Source: Phycisphaerae bacterium (GTDB lineage: Bacteria > Planctomycetota > Phycisphaerae > UBA1845). From it: 64,000 nt of DNA. Of this stretch, positions 29,666-41,774 are shown one piece after another; position 1 is the stretch's first letter; the number at the start of each line of letters is the position of its first letter. Both the position numbers and the translations under genes were made by a program. The stretch spans positions 640,001 to 704,000 of the forward strand of contig CAXXGO010000001.1 of the NCBI GenBank assembly GCA_963666835.2, written 5' to 3'. The notes beneath the pieces were generated by a model. The model did not search any database. It saw only the letters and a list, made by a program, of their open reading frames with translations, and was not told the DNA's origin.

Positions 29666-30163
29666 GTGTTCGACGACGTACAGTTTGAGACGATGACGAA
29701 ACCGGACCCGGCGGAGTTGCTGGCGTTCTACGAACGGCAGCGACATCCGACGACGCACGATGCCGGGAAGCTGCAGCGGATGTTGGATAATACGCTGTGC
29801 TTCGTGGCGGCGCGGCGGGAAGGTGAGCTGATCGGTCTGGCCCGCGGAGTCACGGACGGAGTGTTGGGCCGTCTGGCGGAGTGCAAACTGGACCCGGCTT
29901 ATCAGGGTCCGGCCTGTGTCACTCGCACGGACGGAAGGATCGAGCATGATTCGGCCGGCATTGCGCGGCAGATGGCGATTCTGGTTATCAAGGCCTTGCG
30001 GGATTACGGCGTGGAACGCGTTGCGGTTCTGGCGTACGGTACGGAAGAGGATTTTTGCGAAGAGCTGGGCTTCAAGAAGGTTCATGGGGTGGTGGCGATG
30101 GAGTTGGCCTCGGAGATGCCGTTGCCCGATCAGGGAGCGGCGGATTCAGAGACGCCCGCGTGA
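29666..30163 (+). CDS. GNAT-family acetyltransferase-like protein
   Basis: LQRMLDNT, FVAARREGELIGLARGVTDG, LDPAYQG...GIARQM, FCEELGF; start uncertain. Confidence 0.7.
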   Translation: MFDDVQFETMTKPDPAELLAFYERQRHPTTHDAGKLQRMLDNTLCFVAARREGELIGLARGVTDGVLGRLAECKLDPAYQGPACVTRTDGRIEHDSAGIARQMAILVIKALRDYGVERVAVLAYGTEEDFCEELGFKKVHGVVAMELASEMPLPDQGAADSETPA

Positions 30164-30232
30164 CGTTGCGGCTCCGGTCGCCACTACGAACATTCTGGCA
30201 GTCTGTCGGTTCGGTAAAGGGATGCATCGCAT

Positions 30233-33200
30233 ATGTTGGATAGCATTTACGACCGTGTAAACGACTTCACTCGCGTCCATATCTCGTTGGCTTCCCCCAA
30301 CGACATACGGAGCTGGTCTTTCGGTGAAGTCAAGAAGCCGGAGACCATCAACTACCGGACGTATCGTCCGGAGAAGGACGGCCTCTTCTGCGAACGGATC
30401 TTCGGTCCGGAGCGCGACTGGGAGTGTGCATGCGGTAAGTTCAAAGGGACCAAGCACAAGGGGATCATCTGCGATCGTTGCGGGGTGAAGGTCACCCACT
30501 CGCGCGTGCGGCGCAAGCGAATGGGGCACATCAACCTGGCGGCCCCGGTGGTGCATATTTGGTTCTTCAAGTCGATGCCCTCGCGATTGGGGGCGTTGTT
30601 GGACGTCAAAACCGCCAGCCTTGAAAAGGTCGTCTACTTCCAGGACTACATTGTGGTGGATCCCGGCGATACCCCGCTCAAAGAGCGGCAGTTGCTGACG
30701 GAGGAGGAGTTCAGGGCGGCCCAAGGCGACTACGGTAGCTCCTTCACGGCGATGATGGGGGCCGAGGCGATCAAGGACCTGTTGGAACGCCTGGACCTGG
30801 AGCAGATGTCGGCCGGGCTTCGAGAGGAACTCTCCAAGACCGGCAGCAAGCAACGCGAAAAGGATCTCGCCAAGCGGCTCAAGATCGTCGAAGCACTGCG
30901 CTCCTCGCCGAACGACTCGTCGTGGATGGTTCTCGATGTGATTCCGGTGATTCCGCCGGATTTGCGGCCTTTGGTGCTGCTCGACAGCGGGAATTTCGCC
31001 ACAAGCGATTTGAACGATCTGTACCGCCGGATCATCAACCGCAACAGCCGGTTGAAGAAACTGGTGGATCTGAATGCTCCGGAAGTGATCATTCAGAACG
31101 AGAAGCGGATGCTGCAGCAGGCGGTCGATGCGTTGTTCGACAACGGCCGCTGCCGCCGGCCGGTGCTGGGATCGAGCAATCGTCCGCTGAAGTCCATGAC
31201 GGACATGATTAAGGGGAAGCAAGGGCGCTTCCGCGAGAACCTGCTGGGCAAGCGGGTGGACTACTCGGCCCGGTCGGTGGTTGTGGTGGGACCGGAGCTG
31301 AAGCTGCATCAGTGCGGCCTGCCCAAGAAGATTGCTCTGGAGCTCTTCCAGCCGTTTATCATCCGCAAGTTGAAGGAGCGCGGTCTAGCCGACACGATCA
31401 AGTCGGCCAAGAAGATGTTGGAGCGCCGCGATCAGGCCATTTGGGACATCCTGGAGGAGGTCATCTACCAACATCCGGTGCTGTTGAACCGTGCGCCGAC
31501 GCTGCACCGGATGGGTATCCAGGCCTTCGAGCCGGTGTTGGTTGAAGGTAACGCGATCAAGATTCACCCGCTGGTCTGTCGCGGGTTCAATGCGGACTTC
31601 GACGGCGACCAGATGGCGGTACACTTGCCGTTGTCGATCGAGGCTCAGGTGGAAGCGCACGTGTTGATGATGTCGACGAACAACATCTTCAGCCCGGCCA
31701 ACGGCAGTCCGATTATGTCGCCCACACAGGACATCGTGATGGGAGTCTTCTACGTGACGGCGGATCACGTCAGCCCGAAAGTCGAGGAGAAAGACATACC
31801 GCGGTTCGCCAATGCGTACGAAGCGTTGATGGCCTACGATCTGAAACGCATCGGGATTCATGATTGGATTATCCTGCGCGTTGACCGCAAGCGGTTGGTG
31901 TCCAAGTCCGGCGGTGAGAACGAGCCGATGCCGGCCAACGGACGTATCAAGACTACGGTTGGTCGGATCATCTTCAACGACATCCTGCCTCCTGAGATGC
32001 CGTACTATAACTGCCCCCTGTCCCAGAAGGGGCTGGTGCGCGTAGTGGACGACTGCCACCACCTGTTGGGGCGGGCGGCGACGATCGATCTGCTCGATGA
32101 CATCAAGGATCTCGGGTTCAAGTCCAGCACCCTGGCCGGCCTGTCGTTCGGGGCCACCGATATGCGGGTGCCGCGTGACAAGCGGCAGATCATTGATGCT
32201 GCGCAGAAGTCAGTAGACCGGATCGAACGGGCTTTCAAAGAGGGGAGCCTCACCGGTCTGGAACGCTACAACCAGGTCATCGACGTGTGGATCCACGCCC
32301 GCGAGTTGGTAACCGCGGCGATGATGAAGGAACTCAAGAACGACTATCGCGATGACCGAGGGGGGTACCGTTGGCCGGGGGATGAGGATGCCGCACCGTA
32401 CCTCAATCCCATCTTCCTGATGACCGAGTCCGGAGCCCGCGGTAGCGTCGATCAAATCCGTCAGCTTGCCGGCATGCGTGCTTTGATGGCCAAGCCGTCC
32501 GGGGAGATCATCGAGACGCCCATTAAGGCCAACTTCCGCGAAGGGCTGTCGGTGTTGGAGTATTTCAGTTCGACTCACGGAGCCCGGAAAGGCCTGGCCG
32601 ATACCGCCCTGAAGACGGCGGATTCCGGTTACCTGACCCGCAAACTGGCGGACGTGGCTCAGAACGTGATCGTCAACAGTCTGGAATGCGGGACGATCAA
32701 TGGGATTACGAAGGAGGCGACTTTCAAAGGCGAGGAAGTCGACATTCCGCTACGCGAGAGCATCATCGGGCGAGTCGCCCGTGACGGAATTCGCAATCCG
32801 GTTACCGATCGGTTGATTGTGGCCGAGAACCAGATCATCACGCGCGAGATCGCCGCGCAGATCGAAGAACTCGGCTTGGACAAGATCCGAGTCCGCAGTC
32901 CCCTGACGTGTGAGAGTCCCGTTGGTGTCTGTGCCCACTGCTATGGTATGGACATGTCCACCGGGCGGCTGGTTGAAGAGGGTATGGCGGTCGGGATTAT
33001 CGCGGCGCAGTCCATCGGCGAGCCCGGTACGCAGCTTACGATGCGGACGTTCCACACCGGCGGGGTTGCGCAGAAGGCGGCTATGGAAGACCGGCTCAAG
33101 GCTTCGCAAAGCGGTACGGTGCAATATCACGACCTGCAGGCCGTGGAAGTGCCCGGCGACGAGGGTGAGTCTCGGCTTGTCGTGCTGAAGCGTAACGGCG

Positions 33201-34654
33201 AGATCCTGATTGTCGACGACAAGGGGCGCGAACTCTCGCGCGACAAGGTGGTGTACGGAGCGGTTCTTCGGGTGGACAACGGGCAGACCGTGTCCCGGGG
33301 CGACGTTCTTTGTGAGTGGGATCCGCACCTCACGCCGATTCTGGCGGAGGTTGGTGGTTTCGTCCGGTTCCAGGATGTCGCCGAAGGCGAGACCGTCCGG
33401 CTCGAGCAGGAGGGCGGGAGCACCAAGTTCTTGGTTATCGAGCACAAGGGCGAGAAGCACCCGCAGATTGTGATCGAGGACAAGGAAGGGAACGTCCTCG
33501 ACTACCACTATCTGCCGGCGAAGGCCCGTATCGAGGTGTCTGAAGGGCAGGAGATCATCCCGGGTGTCGAGCTCGCGCGTCAGCCGCGTTCGGTCGGAGG
33601 TACGCAGGACATCACGGGTGGTTTGCCCCGGGTTACCGAGGTCTTTGAGGCTCGGCGACCGAAGGAGCCGGCCGTGATGGCCGAGATTTCCGGGAGCGTG
33701 GAGATTCGCGCCGACAAGCGGCGTGGGAAGATGACCATTGTCGTACGCAGCGACAGCGGGATGGAGAAGGAACACCACGTGCCACAAGACCGGCACCTTC
33801 TGGTTCACGCCGGAGACAATGTCGAAGCCGGCGATCCGTTGATCGAGGGACCGCTGATCCCCCACGATATTCTCCGGATCAAGGGCGAAGAGGCTTTGCA
33901 GGTGTACCTGTTGGGCGAAGTCCAAGCGGTCTATCGCAGCCAGAACGTCGGTATCAACGATAAGCACCTCGAGATAATAGTTTCGCAGATGCTGCGGAAG
34001 GTGAAGGTGGAGAACCCCGGAGATACCACGTTCCTGCCGGGTGAGATGGTGGATCGTTTCCGCTTCCGGGCGGAGAACGAGCGTCTTTCCGGGTGTGTGG
34101 TTATCAACAACGCCGGGGACAGCGAGTTCCAAGTCGGAGCGGTTGTGGATAAGTCCGATTTGGCCGCCGCCAACGAGGAGGTGGAGGAGAAAGGCGGCGA
34201 GCCTGCCAAGGGCAAGAAGCCGAAACCCGCCGCGGCGACCGCCACCTTGCTGGGGATTACGAAGGCGAGTCTCTCGAGCGAGTCGTTTATCTCGTCCGCC
34301 TCGTTCCAGGAGACCACCAAGGTGCTAACCGAGGCTGCTCTGGCCGGTATGGTCGATGAGTTGCAGGGTTTGAAGGAAAACGTCATACTGGGTCATTTGA
34401 TCCCGGCCGGCTCGGCGTTCCCCGGCTACCAGGGGTTGCGCGTCAAGCAGCTCGGCGAGCCGATTCGTCCTCCGGTCGAGACCGCCGAGACGTTGTTTGG
34501 AGTGGGGGCGGGTGTGCCGAGCTCCTCGCCGTTTGCCGAAGCGTTCATGGCGGGAGGGTCAGATGAGCCACTGGCCGTGCCAATGGCTACGGAAGATACG
34601 AGTACCCCACCGGCCGATGCCGGCATTGGGGAGACGGCCAACCAGGAAAGCTGA
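30233..34654 (+). CDS. rpoC: RNA polymerase beta' subunit
   Basis: NADFDGD catalytic motif, zinc finger, [13 protein letters not shown]. Confidence 0.99.
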   Translation: MLDSIYDRVNDFTRVHISLASPNDIRSWSFGEVKKPETINYRTYRPEKDGLFCERIFGPERDWECACGKFKGTKHKGIICDRCGVKVTHSRVRRKRMGHINLAAPVVHIWFFKSMPSRLGALLDVKTASLEKVVYFQDYIVVDPGDTPLKERQLLTEEEFRAAQGDYGSSFTAMMGAEAIKDLLERLDLEQMSAGLREELSKTGSKQREKDLAKRLKIVEALRSSPNDSSWMVLDVIPVIPPDLRPLVLLDSGNFATSDLNDLYRRIINRNSRLKKLVDLNAPEVIIQNEKRMLQQAVDALFDNGRCRRPVLGSSNRPLKSMTDMIKGKQGRFRENLLGKRVDYSARSVVVVGPELKLHQCGLPKKIALELFQPFIIRKLKERGLADTIKSAKKMLERRDQAIWDILEEVIYQHPVLLNRAPTLHRMGIQAFEPVLVEGNAIKIHPLVCRGFNADFDGDQMAVHLPLSIEAQVEAHVLMMSTNNIFSPANGSPIMSPTQDIVMGVFYVTADHVSPKVEEKDIPRFANAYEALMAYDLKRIGIHDWIILRVDRKRLVSKSGGENEPMPANGRIKTTVGRIIFNDILPPEMPYYNCPLSQKGLVRVVDDCHHLLGRAATIDLLDDIKDLGFKSSTLAGLSFGATDMRVPRDKRQIIDAAQKSVDRIERAFKEGSLTGLERYNQVIDVWIHARELVTAAMMKELKNDYRDDRGGYRWPGDEDAAPYLNPIFLMTESGARGSVDQIRQLAGMRALMAKPSGEIIETPIKANFREGLSVLEYFSSTHGARKGLADTALKTADSGYLTRKLADVAQNVIVNSLECGTINGITKEATFKGEEVDIPLRESIIGRVARDGIRNPVTDRLIVAENQIITREIAAQIEELGLDKIRVRSPLTCESPVGVCAHCYGMDMSTGRLVEEGMAVGIIAAQSIGEPGTQLTMRTFHTGGVAQKAAMEDRLKASQSGTVQYHDLQAVEVPGDEGESRLVVLKRNGEILIVDDKGRELSRDKVVYGAVLRVDNGQTVSRGDVLCEWDPHLTPILAEVGGFVRFQDVAEGETVRLEQEGGSTKFLVIEHKGEKHPQIVIEDKEGNVLDYHYLPAKARIEVSEGQEIIPGVELARQPRSVGGTQDITGGLPRVTEVFEARRPKEPAVMAEISGSVEIRADKRRGKMTIVVRSDSGMEKEHHVPQDRHLLVHAGDNVEAGDPLIEGPLIPHDILRIKGEEALQVYLLGEVQAVYRSQNVGINDKHLEIIVSQMLRKVKVENPGDTTFLPGEMVDRFRFRAENERLSGCVVINNAGDSEFQVGAVVDKSDLAAANEEVEEKGGEPAKGKKPKPAAATATLLGITKASLSSESFISSASFQETTKVLTEAALAGMVDELQGLKENVILGHLIPAGSAFPGYQGLRVKQLGEPIRPPVETAETLFGVGAGVPSSSPFAEAFMAGGSDEPLAVPMATEDTSTPPADAGIGETANQES

Positions 34655-34713
34655 TTTCTTGAACAATGGCCGGGTGCGGCTCTGTTGCCGCGAGCAGCGT
34701 GTAGAGGAAGCTG

Positions 34714-35103
34714 ATGCCAACGATAAACCAACTGGTACGCCAAGGGCGTAGGAAAGTCATTAAGAAGTCGAAGGTCCGCGATTTGGACCAGTGCCCGCAG
34801 CGGCGTGCCGTGTGCCTGCTGGTCAAGACGCAGACGCCGAAGAAGCCGAACTCGGCGCTGCGAAAGGTGGCTCGTGTGCGGCTAACAAACGGCAAGGAAG
34901 TGTCCGCCTATATTCCGGGCGTCGATCACAACCTCCAAGAGCACTCTATTGTACTCGTGCGCGGAGGGCGAGTTCGGGATCTGCCTGGGGTGCGGTACCA
35001 CATTGTCCGAGGGAGTCTGGATGCTTCGGGAGTAGAGGGCGACAAGGAGGGACGTCCGCGCAATCGCAGCCGAAGCAAGTACGGTGTGAAACGCCGCAAG
35101 TGA
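34714..35103 (+). CDS. rpsL: 30S ribosomal protein S12
   Basis: [28 protein letters not shown]. Confidence 0.98.
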   Translation: MPTINQLVRQGRRKVIKKSKVRDLDQCPQRRAVCLLVKTQTPKKPNSALRKVARVRLTNGKEVSAYIPGVDHNLQEHSIVLVRGGRVRDLPGVRYHIVRGSLDASGVEGDKEGRPRNRSRSKYGVKRRK

Positions 35104-35160
35104 TGCGTCCTGCGGGCTTTTGCGTGGTTAACCGGCTTAGGCCGCGTGACGAGTTCTGTT

Positions 35161-35748
35161 ATGGAGCAGCGTGAAATCAGTATTGCCTTGGCCGGTGGCA
35201 ACCGTGCGAGCGTCACCTATCCGGCTTGGTTGCGCAGTGTTGCGGGTGTGGTGGTAGCGTGCTTGGCAGTTGGCTTGGCCTCTCAGGTGCGCGTTCCCGT
35301 CCCGGGCACGGATGTTCCGTATACGCTTCAATCGCTTGCCGTTCTGCTGGTGGGTCTGACGCTTCGGCCCGGGCGAGCTGTGGCGGCGATGGGGCTCTAT
35401 CTGGGGGTTGGGCTGTGTGGTTTGCCGGTCTTCGCGGCCGGTTCGCTCGGCGTGTTAGGACCCACTGGTGGGTATTTGGTGGGGTTCGTCGGGGCGGCGG
35501 CGGTTGTGTCAGCGGTGAGCGGCACCGGCGAGGCGGGCCGGGCGCGGCTGGTGTTTGCCGGATTGGTCGGAATGCTGGTTGTGTTCGGAGCCGGCGTGGG
35601 CTGGCGGGTGGTCTGGTTCGGCGGCGACTTGGGCGTCGCTTTGGTTACCGGACTGGTCCCGTTTGTGGTCAAGGCGGTTCTTGAGGTTGTGTTGGCGGCA
35701 TCGGCGGTTGCGATGTTCCGGGATTTTCGTCGGGCTCGGCCGTTGTGA
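35161..35748 (+). CDS. bioY: Biotin ECF transporter S component
   Basis: VPYTLQSLAVLL, YLGVGLCGLPVFA, GPTGGYLVGF. Confidence 0.9.
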   Translation: MEQREISIALAGGNRASVTYPAWLRSVAGVVVACLAVGLASQVRVPVPGTDVPYTLQSLAVLLVGLTLRPGRAVAAMGLYLGVGLCGLPVFAAGSLGVLGPTGGYLVGFVGAAAVVSAVSGTGEAGRARLVFAGLVGMLVVFGAGVGWRVVWFGGDLGVALVTGLVPFVVKAVLEVVLAASAVAMFRDFRRARPL

Positions 35749-35829
35749 GTTGTCGCGGTTCGGTTAGAATGACTGTTCTCGCCCCATGAAGGGCGTAGTT
35801 GGCCAAGCGATAGAGAAAGACGGCGAAGA

Positions 35830-36306
35830 ATGGGATACAAGAAGTGGACGCAGTCGGCGGCGCAGCTCAAGCCGGACACGCGCTACAACAGTCTAGTGGT
35901 TTCGAAGTTCATCAATTGCATGATGCTTGACGGCAAGAAGAGCACTGCGTCGCGGATGTTCTACGATGCTATGGATATCATCGCAAAACGCGTGAAGGAT
36001 GTGCCGCCTATCGAGGTTTTTGAGCAGGCCGTCAATAACGCCAAGCCGGGCGTTGAGGTCCGTTCCAAGCGCGTCGGCGGTAGCAACTACCAAGTGCCGA
36101 TGCCGGTGAACCGGAAGAGGCAGCAAGCGCTGGCGTTCCGTTGGCTTCGAGATGCCTCGCGCAACCGCAAGGGGCGTCCGACGTGTGAATCGCTCGCCAA
36201 AGAGGTTATGGACGCATACAAAAACGAGGGCACGGCCGTTACCACTCGTGAGAACGTCCACCGAATGGCAGAGGCGAACAAGGCATTTGCCCACTTCGCG
36301 TGGTAG
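35830..36306 (+). CDS. rpsG: 30S ribosomal protein S7
   Basis: [29 protein letters not shown]. Confidence 0.98.
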   Translation: MGYKKWTQSAAQLKPDTRYNSLVVSKFINCMMLDGKKSTASRMFYDAMDIIAKRVKDVPPIEVFEQAVNNAKPGVEVRSKRVGGSNYQVPMPVNRKRQQALAFRWLRDASRNRKGRPTCESLAKEVMDAYKNEGTAVTTRENVHRMAEANKAFAHFAW

Positions 36307-36331
36307 GTCAGCGTTCGTTGGTTCAATACAC

Positions 36332-36362
36332 GAGCTCACCCCGGTCGGGTGGGCTCTTTTTT
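36332..36362 (+). terminator. Intrinsic terminator between rpsG and fusA
   Basis: GAGCTCACCC-CGGTC-GGGTGGGCTC hairpin followed by T6. Confidence 0.75.
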
Positions 36363-36429
36363 GTAGGGGCGGCGTACGGTCGATGCCGCGACTGGGGGCG
36401 ATCCGAGCGGGTGTCGGCAGGCGGGGGCT

Positions 36430-38502
36430 ATGATGGGTCTTGATCTAACCACAGTCCGCAATATAGGGATAGCCGCCCATATCGACGCCGGTAAGACCAC
36501 GACCACCGAGCGCGTCCTGTTTTACACGGGCCGTACCCACCGCATGGGGGACGTTGACGACGGGACCACGATCACTGACTTCGATGAGCAGGAGCAGCAA
36601 CGTGGTATCACGATCTACTCTGCGGCCGTCAGTTGTCCTTGGCGCGGCCACACCATCAACCTGATCGATACTCCCGGGCATGTGGATTTCACGGCGGAGG
36701 TTGAGCGCGCCTTGCGTGTGTTGGACGGGATGGTTGCGGTTTTCGATGCCAAGGAGGGCGTGGAGGCGCAGTCGGAGACGGTCTGGCGGCAGGCGGACAA
36801 GTATGAGATTCCCCGCATCTGCTTCATCAACAAGATGGACCGGGTGGGCGCCGACTTTTTCGCCAGCGTGGCGTCGATTAGGGAGCGGCTCGGCGCGAAC
36901 CCCCTCGTTCTGCAAGTGCCTATCGGGGCCAGCGACACCTTCGTTGGGGCAGTCGACCTGATCGAGATGCGGGCGGTGTATTACCCGATGGAGGACCGCG
37001 GCGCGACCCTGCGAACGGCCGACATCCCCGAAGAGCTGGTTGCCACGGCCGAGGAGTACCGAAACCGCCTCGTTGAAGCTGTTGCCGAGCACAACGAACG
37101 CTTGATGGAGAAGTACCTGCAAGATCAACCCGCCGATCCGGTGGAGATTCGCCAAGCCATCCGCGCCGCTACACTGAAGCGAGAGGTGATTCCGGTGCTG
37201 TGTGGTACTGCATTACGTTATAAGGGGGTCCAGCCGCTGCTCGATGCCGTATGCGACTTCCTCCCGAGCCCGTTGGACGTGCCCCCGGTCACTGCCCACG
37301 ACGCCAAACACCCCGACCGCGAGCTGGAGTTGCATTGCGATCCCTCGGCGAACTTGGCGGCCTTGGTCTTCAAGGTTGTGGCAGAGAAGCCCGTGGATCT
37401 CTATTACCTTCGCGTATATTCCGGGACGTTGAAGCGGAATAGTCGGCTGCTCAACTCCGCATCCGGCGAGAAGGAGAACGTGACCAGGATCATCCGTATG
37501 TTCGCCAAACGTCGGGACGTGCTCGACGAGGCCACCGCAGGTGATATCGTGGCCGTGGTCGGCCCGAAGAGCACCCTGACCGGGCATACGTTGTGCGATC
37601 AACGCAATCCGGTGATCTTAGAGGCGATCAAGTTCCCGGAGACGGTAATCAGTGTATCGGTGGAAGCCAGATCCTCGAGAGATCGCGATAAGCTCTTGGA
37701 GGCGCTCGAAGCTCTCGGGCGGCAGGACCCGACGATCGCCGTCAAGGTGGACGCGGAGACCGGGCAGACTTTGATCTCGGGGATGGGGGAGCTGCACCTC
37801 GAGGTGATGGTGCAGCGGATGCGCTCGGAATCGAACTTGGATGTGGCGGTAGGCAAGCCGCGGGTTTCATATCGGGAGGCGGTTTCCGAGGTTGGTGAGG
37901 GGACCGGGACCTTCTCTCGAAACATCGGTGGTAAGGACCATTTCGCGAGCGTGCGGTTACGGCTGCAGCCGCGCGAGCGAGTTACCGGGGCGGTCAATTT
38001 CGAGATCGTCAGCGAGGTTTCCGAGGAGGAGCTACTTCCGGAGCACTTGGCGGCCGTGGAAGCGGGCATTACCGAGGCCGCCCAAAGTGGCATCCTCGGC
38101 GGATACCGTGTGATCGACTGGAAGGCCACGATTATCGGCGTCGAGCAGCGTGACCGTGAGAGCACGGAGCTGGCGTTCGAGAACGCGGGGCGGATGGCGT
38201 TCTATGCGGCGATGGAGGCTGGTTCCGCGGTGCTCCTTCAGCCGATTATGGCCGTTGAGGCTGTAACTTCGGACGAGTATTTCGGTGCGATAATGAGCGA
38301 TCTGAGCGCGAGGAACGCGGAGATTCGGGATACTATCGTCCGAGGGTCTGATAGGGTGATCCTGGCGGACGTGCCGCTGTCGCAGATGTTCGGATACGTG
38401 ACCAAGCTGCGCAGTTTGTCACAGGGCCGAGCGACGTCATCTATGACTCCCTCTCACTACGCTCCGATGTCCCCTCAGGAGATGAAGAGCCTCGTGGGGT
38501 AG
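36430..38502 (+). CDS. fusA: Elongation factor G, divergent paralog
   Basis: [34 protein letters not shown]; domain IV loops diverged. Confidence 0.92.
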   Translation: MMGLDLTTVRNIGIAAHIDAGKTTTTERVLFYTGRTHRMGDVDDGTTITDFDEQEQQRGITIYSAAVSCPWRGHTINLIDTPGHVDFTAEVERALRVLDGMVAVFDAKEGVEAQSETVWRQADKYEIPRICFINKMDRVGADFFASVASIRERLGANPLVLQVPIGASDTFVGAVDLIEMRAVYYPMEDRGATLRTADIPEELVATAEEYRNRLVEAVAEHNERLMEKYLQDQPADPVEIRQAIRAATLKREVIPVLCGTALRYKGVQPLLDAVCDFLPSPLDVPPVTAHDAKHPDRELELHCDPSANLAALVFKVVAEKPVDLYYLRVYSGTLKRNSRLLNSASGEKENVTRIIRMFAKRRDVLDEATAGDIVAVVGPKSTLTGHTLCDQRNPVILEAIKFPETVISVSVEARSSRDRDKLLEALEALGRQDPTIAVKVDAETGQTLISGMGELHLEVMVQRMRSESNLDVAVGKPRVSYREAVSEVGEGTGTFSRNIGGKDHFASVRLRLQPRERVTGAVNFEIVSEVSEEELLPEHLAAVEAGITEAAQSGILGGYRVIDWKATIIGVEQRDRESTELAFENAGRMAFYAAMEAGSAVLLQPIMAVEAVTSDEYFGAIMSDLSARNAEIRDTIVRGSDRVILADVPLSQMFGYVTKLRSLSQGRATSSMTPSHYAPMSPQEMKSLVG

Positions 38503-38562
38503 CGTTATATCGGCGATCGCCGGAACCGATCGCCATGCCGGAATATTGTTGAAGATTCGTAG

Positions 38563-38590
38563 TTGACAGCATTGCGGGATGGCCTATGCT
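38563..38590 (+). promoter_or_regulatory. Sigma70-like promoter of the S10 operon
   Basis: TTGACA, 16 bp, TATGCT, about 65 bp upstream of rpsJ. Confidence 0.65.
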
Positions 38591-38654
38591 ATCCGGTCTG
38601 CCGCGATTTGGGACGCGGTGACGAAGGATGTTCGGTGATAAGGGTTTACTATAA

Positions 38655-38966
38655 GTGAGCGCTAAGAACAGGATTAGAATACGGATGGAGGCCTACGATG
38701 CCCGGTCGCTGGACGCGTCGGCGCGGGAGATCGTTGAACAGGCCAAGCGCACGAGTGCGCGGGTCCATGGACCGATTCCGTTGCCAACTCGTGTCGAGCG
38801 CTATACGGTTCTTCGTGGCCCCCACATCGACAAGAAGTCGCGCGAGCAGTTCGAAATGCGCACGCATAAGCGCATTATCGACATCAGCGAACCCACGGCA
38901 CGGACGGTTGAGGCGATCAATCGGATTCAGGTGCCCGCAGGTGTTTTTGTTAAGATCAAGACCTGA
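38655..38966 (+). CDS. rpsJ: 30S ribosomal protein S10
   Basis: [21 protein letters not shown]. Confidence 0.98.
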   Translation: MSAKNRIRIRMEAYDARSLDASAREIVEQAKRTSARVHGPIPLPTRVERYTVLRGPHIDKKSREQFEMRTHKRIIDISEPTARTVEAINRIQVPAGVFVKIKT

Positions 38967-39116
38967 GCGGGGCTGATGACAGGCCGTTGACAGCGGCGCT
39001 CCTTGCGTTGGGTTCTTGCTTGTTTTGTTTATTAGCCGCCGTGCTGCCGTTTTCGCACGGGTAATTAGATCAGCCGACTCGCTCGGTGTTTTTGGGGCGA
39101 GATGGGATTTTCCCCT

Positions 39117-39767
39117 ATGAAGCCGGCTTTATTGGGAAGAAAAGTAGGGATGACTCGCGTGGTGGGCGATCACGGTGCGGTTGAAGCCGTTACGGTGGTC
39201 AAAGCCGGACCGTGTGTTGTCACCCAGGTTAAGAGCGAGGACTCGGACGGCTACCACGCTGTGCAGCTCGGGTTTGAGGACGCTCGGCCGCACCGTTCGA
39301 CAATGCCTTTGATTGGTCACGCCGCCGCGGCGAAGACCGGTCCGAAGCGCGCCTCGCGCGAGATTCGTCTGTCGGAGGCGGCCGATGCTTCGCTCGGCGA
39401 TGTGCTGACCGTATCGCAGTTTGCGGAGGGCGACGTTCGGTACGTGGATGTCGTCGGCACTACCAAGGGCAAGGGTTTCGCCGGGGTGATGAAGCGGCAC
39501 GGGTTCGGTGGCAAGGAAGCTTCCCACGGTGTGGAGCGTAAGCACCGGTCGGCCGGTGGAATCGGCGGAAGCGCCAATGCCGGCTTGGGGCGCGGCGTGA
39601 AGAAGGGCAAGCGGATGGCCGGCCAGATGGGTGACGTTCGGTGTACGATGAGCGCCCTTAGGCTGGTTGGCGTTGATACCGACAATGATTTGTTGATCAT
39701 TTCGGGGAGTGTCCCCGGTCCCGTCGGTGGTTTGGTGATGGTTCAGCAATCGAAGAAGAAGGGCTAA
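39117..39767 (+). CDS. rplC: 50S ribosomal protein L3
   Basis: LGRKVGMT, GKGFAGVMKRHGF. Confidence 0.97.
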   Translation: MKPALLGRKVGMTRVVGDHGAVEAVTVVKAGPCVVTQVKSEDSDGYHAVQLGFEDARPHRSTMPLIGHAAAAKTGPKRASREIRLSEAADASLGDVLTVSQFAEGDVRYVDVVGTTKGKGFAGVMKRHGFGGKEASHGVERKHRSAGGIGGSANAGLGRGVKKGKRMAGQMGDVRCTMSALRLVGVDTDNDLLIISGSVPGPVGGLVMVQQSKKKG

Positions 39768-39773
39768 CCAGTG

Positions 39774-40421
39774 ATGTTGGCGGTTCCGCTTTTCAACATG
39801 CAGGGCGAGCGACTCGGCGAAGTCGAGGTTGATCCCGCCGTCTTTGGTGGTGAGGTGCGGGTCGACTTGCTCAAGCAGGCGGTTGTTGCTCACCGAGCCC
39901 ACGCTCGGCAGTGGAGTGCTCGGACGAAAGGCCGGAAGCACATTGCGGGATCGACCCGGAAACTCTACCGCCAGAAGGGCACGGGCAACGCCCGGGTCGG
40001 GAACATTCGCACTCCGGTCCGCCGCGGTGGTGGGCGGACGTTTGCGAAGCGGTGTGCCGGCTCAGAGGTGGTGTTCCCGAAGAAGATGCGTCGGGCGGCG
40101 CGGTGCAGTGCGGTTCTGGCGAAGATCCAAGCCGAAAACGTGCTGCTGTTGGACGAGTTGAAGTGTACCGAGCCGAAGACGAAGGTTCTGGCGTCGATGT
40201 TCTCGGCACTGGGCATCGATCGCGGTTGCCTGTTGGCAATGGACGGGCAGGACGCGAACGTCTATCGCTCCGGGCGTAACATTCCGAATACCGATATTCG
40301 GGTCGTGGATGATCTGAACGCGTATGAGGTTCTTCGCCGTCCGAAGGTGGTGTTTACGAAGGCGGCGTTTGACCGTCTGGTTAACGACCCGATTAGGTTG
40401 CAGAGGCCGGCGGCTCAGTAG
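39774..40421 (+). CDS. rplD: 50S ribosomal protein L4
   Basis: KLYRQKGTGNARVG, RGGG. Confidence 0.97.
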   Translation: MLAVPLFNMQGERLGEVEVDPAVFGGEVRVDLLKQAVVAHRAHARQWSARTKGRKHIAGSTRKLYRQKGTGNARVGNIRTPVRRGGGRTFAKRCAGSEVVFPKKMRRAARCSAVLAKIQAENVLLLDELKCTEPKTKVLASMFSALGIDRGCLLAMDGQDANVYRSGRNIPNTDIRVVDDLNAYEVLRRPKVVFTKAAFDRLVNDPIRLQRPAAQ

Positions 40422-40442
40422 TAGGGCTGTGGGGCAAGGTTC

Positions 40443-40754
40443 ATGGATATTTACCACGTAGTTAAGCGCCCGCTGGTGACCGAGAAGGGTACGCACCAGT
40501 CGCAGGAATCGCATGAAGCGACGAGAAGTCGGCAGGCGCGCGGTGGGGCCTACGCCTTCGAGGTGCACCGTAAGGCGTCTAAGGCGATGATCAGGCAGGC
40601 GGTTGAGAAGATCTACAATGTCAAGGTCTTGTCGGTTCGGACGTCGAACCGAAAGGGTAAGTTCCGCCGCGTGAGATATAAGATGGGGCGCACCCCGGAT
40701 TGGAAGAAGGCGGTTGTGGTTTTGCACGCCGACTACCACATTGACCTGTTCTAG
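40443..40754 (+). CDS. rplW: 50S ribosomal protein L23
   Basis: PLVTEK, IRQAVEKIYNVKV, WKKAVV. Confidence 0.95.
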   Translation: MDIYHVVKRPLVTEKGTHQSQESHEATRSRQARGGAYAFEVHRKASKAMIRQAVEKIYNVKVLSVRTSNRKGKFRRVRYKMGRTPDWKKAVVVLHADYHIDLF

Positions 40755-40815
40755 GAGAGCAGGTTGCAGGTGGGTCGCGAGCGTGGGCGGTTGAGTAGTC
40801 GCGGGGCTAGTTTCG

Positions 40816-41682
40816 ATGGGTGTCAGGAAATACAAGCCAACGTCACCGGGGCGGCGGGTATCCACCGTTAACGACTTTGCGGAGCTTACCGACAAGAGTA
40901 AGCGTCCGGAGAAGTCATTGTGCGAGCGCCTGGTTCGCCGCGGTGGGCGAAACCATCACGGGAAGATCACGGCGCGACACCGCGGCGGAGGGGCTCGGCG
41001 GATTTACCGGCGGATCGACTTCAAGCGGAATAAGGACGGATCGGTCGGGACCGTGACGGCGGTTGAGTACGATCCGAACAGGTCCTGCCATATTGCTTTG
41101 GTTCAGTACGACGATGGGGAGAAGCGCTACATGCTCGCCCCGGTCGGGCTGACGGCCGGTGATGTGGTCGAGTGTGGGGAACGCGTCGAGCCGAAGGTGG
41201 GCAACGCGATGCCGCTTCGCAACATCCCGCCGGGGATGGATGTGCACAACATCGAGATGAATGTCGGGCAGGGCGGCAAGCTGGTCAGAGCGGCCGGCGC
41301 TTCGGCCCGGTTGTTGTCGCGCAGCGGCGATTGGGCGATTGTGGTCCTGCCGTCGGGTGAGATGCGCGAGGTTCGGTCGGAATGTCGGGCGACGATCGGT
41401 CAGGTGGGCAACATCGACCACCAGAATCTTAGGTGGGGCAAGGCCGGCCGAATGCGGCACCGCGGGCGGCGTCCGCGAGTGCGTGGAACGGCGAAGAACC
41501 CGGTAGCACACCCGCTGGGCGGCGGTGAGGGGCGCAGCGGAGGCGGGCGGCATCCGTGCAGTCCGTCGGGACGGCTTGCCAAGGGGGGCCGCACGCGAGC
41601 TCCCAACAAGGTGTCGAACCGGCGAATCCTGAGGCGGCGGAAGAGCAGGCGCTACGGCACCCTGCCCCGGCCGAAGAAGTAG
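40816..41682 (+). CDS. rplB: 50S ribosomal protein L2
   Basis: [21 protein letters not shown]. Confidence 0.98.
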   Translation: MGVRKYKPTSPGRRVSTVNDFAELTDKSKRPEKSLCERLVRRGGRNHHGKITARHRGGGARRIYRRIDFKRNKDGSVGTVTAVEYDPNRSCHIALVQYDDGEKRYMLAPVGLTAGDVVECGERVEPKVGNAMPLRNIPPGMDVHNIEMNVGQGGKLVRAAGASARLLSRSGDWAIVVLPSGEMREVRSECRATIGQVGNIDHQNLRWGKAGRMRHRGRRPRVRGTAKNPVAHPLGGGEGRSGGGRHPCSPSGRLAKGGRTRAPNKVSNRRILRRRKSRRYGTLPRPKK

Positions 41683-41774
41683 ATAACGATGGTATGGCCG
41701 TACGCGATGCGAGGCATCGGACGGCGGCCAACGCGGACCGGGACTGGGTCGGCGTAACGCAGCGAGGCTTCGAG

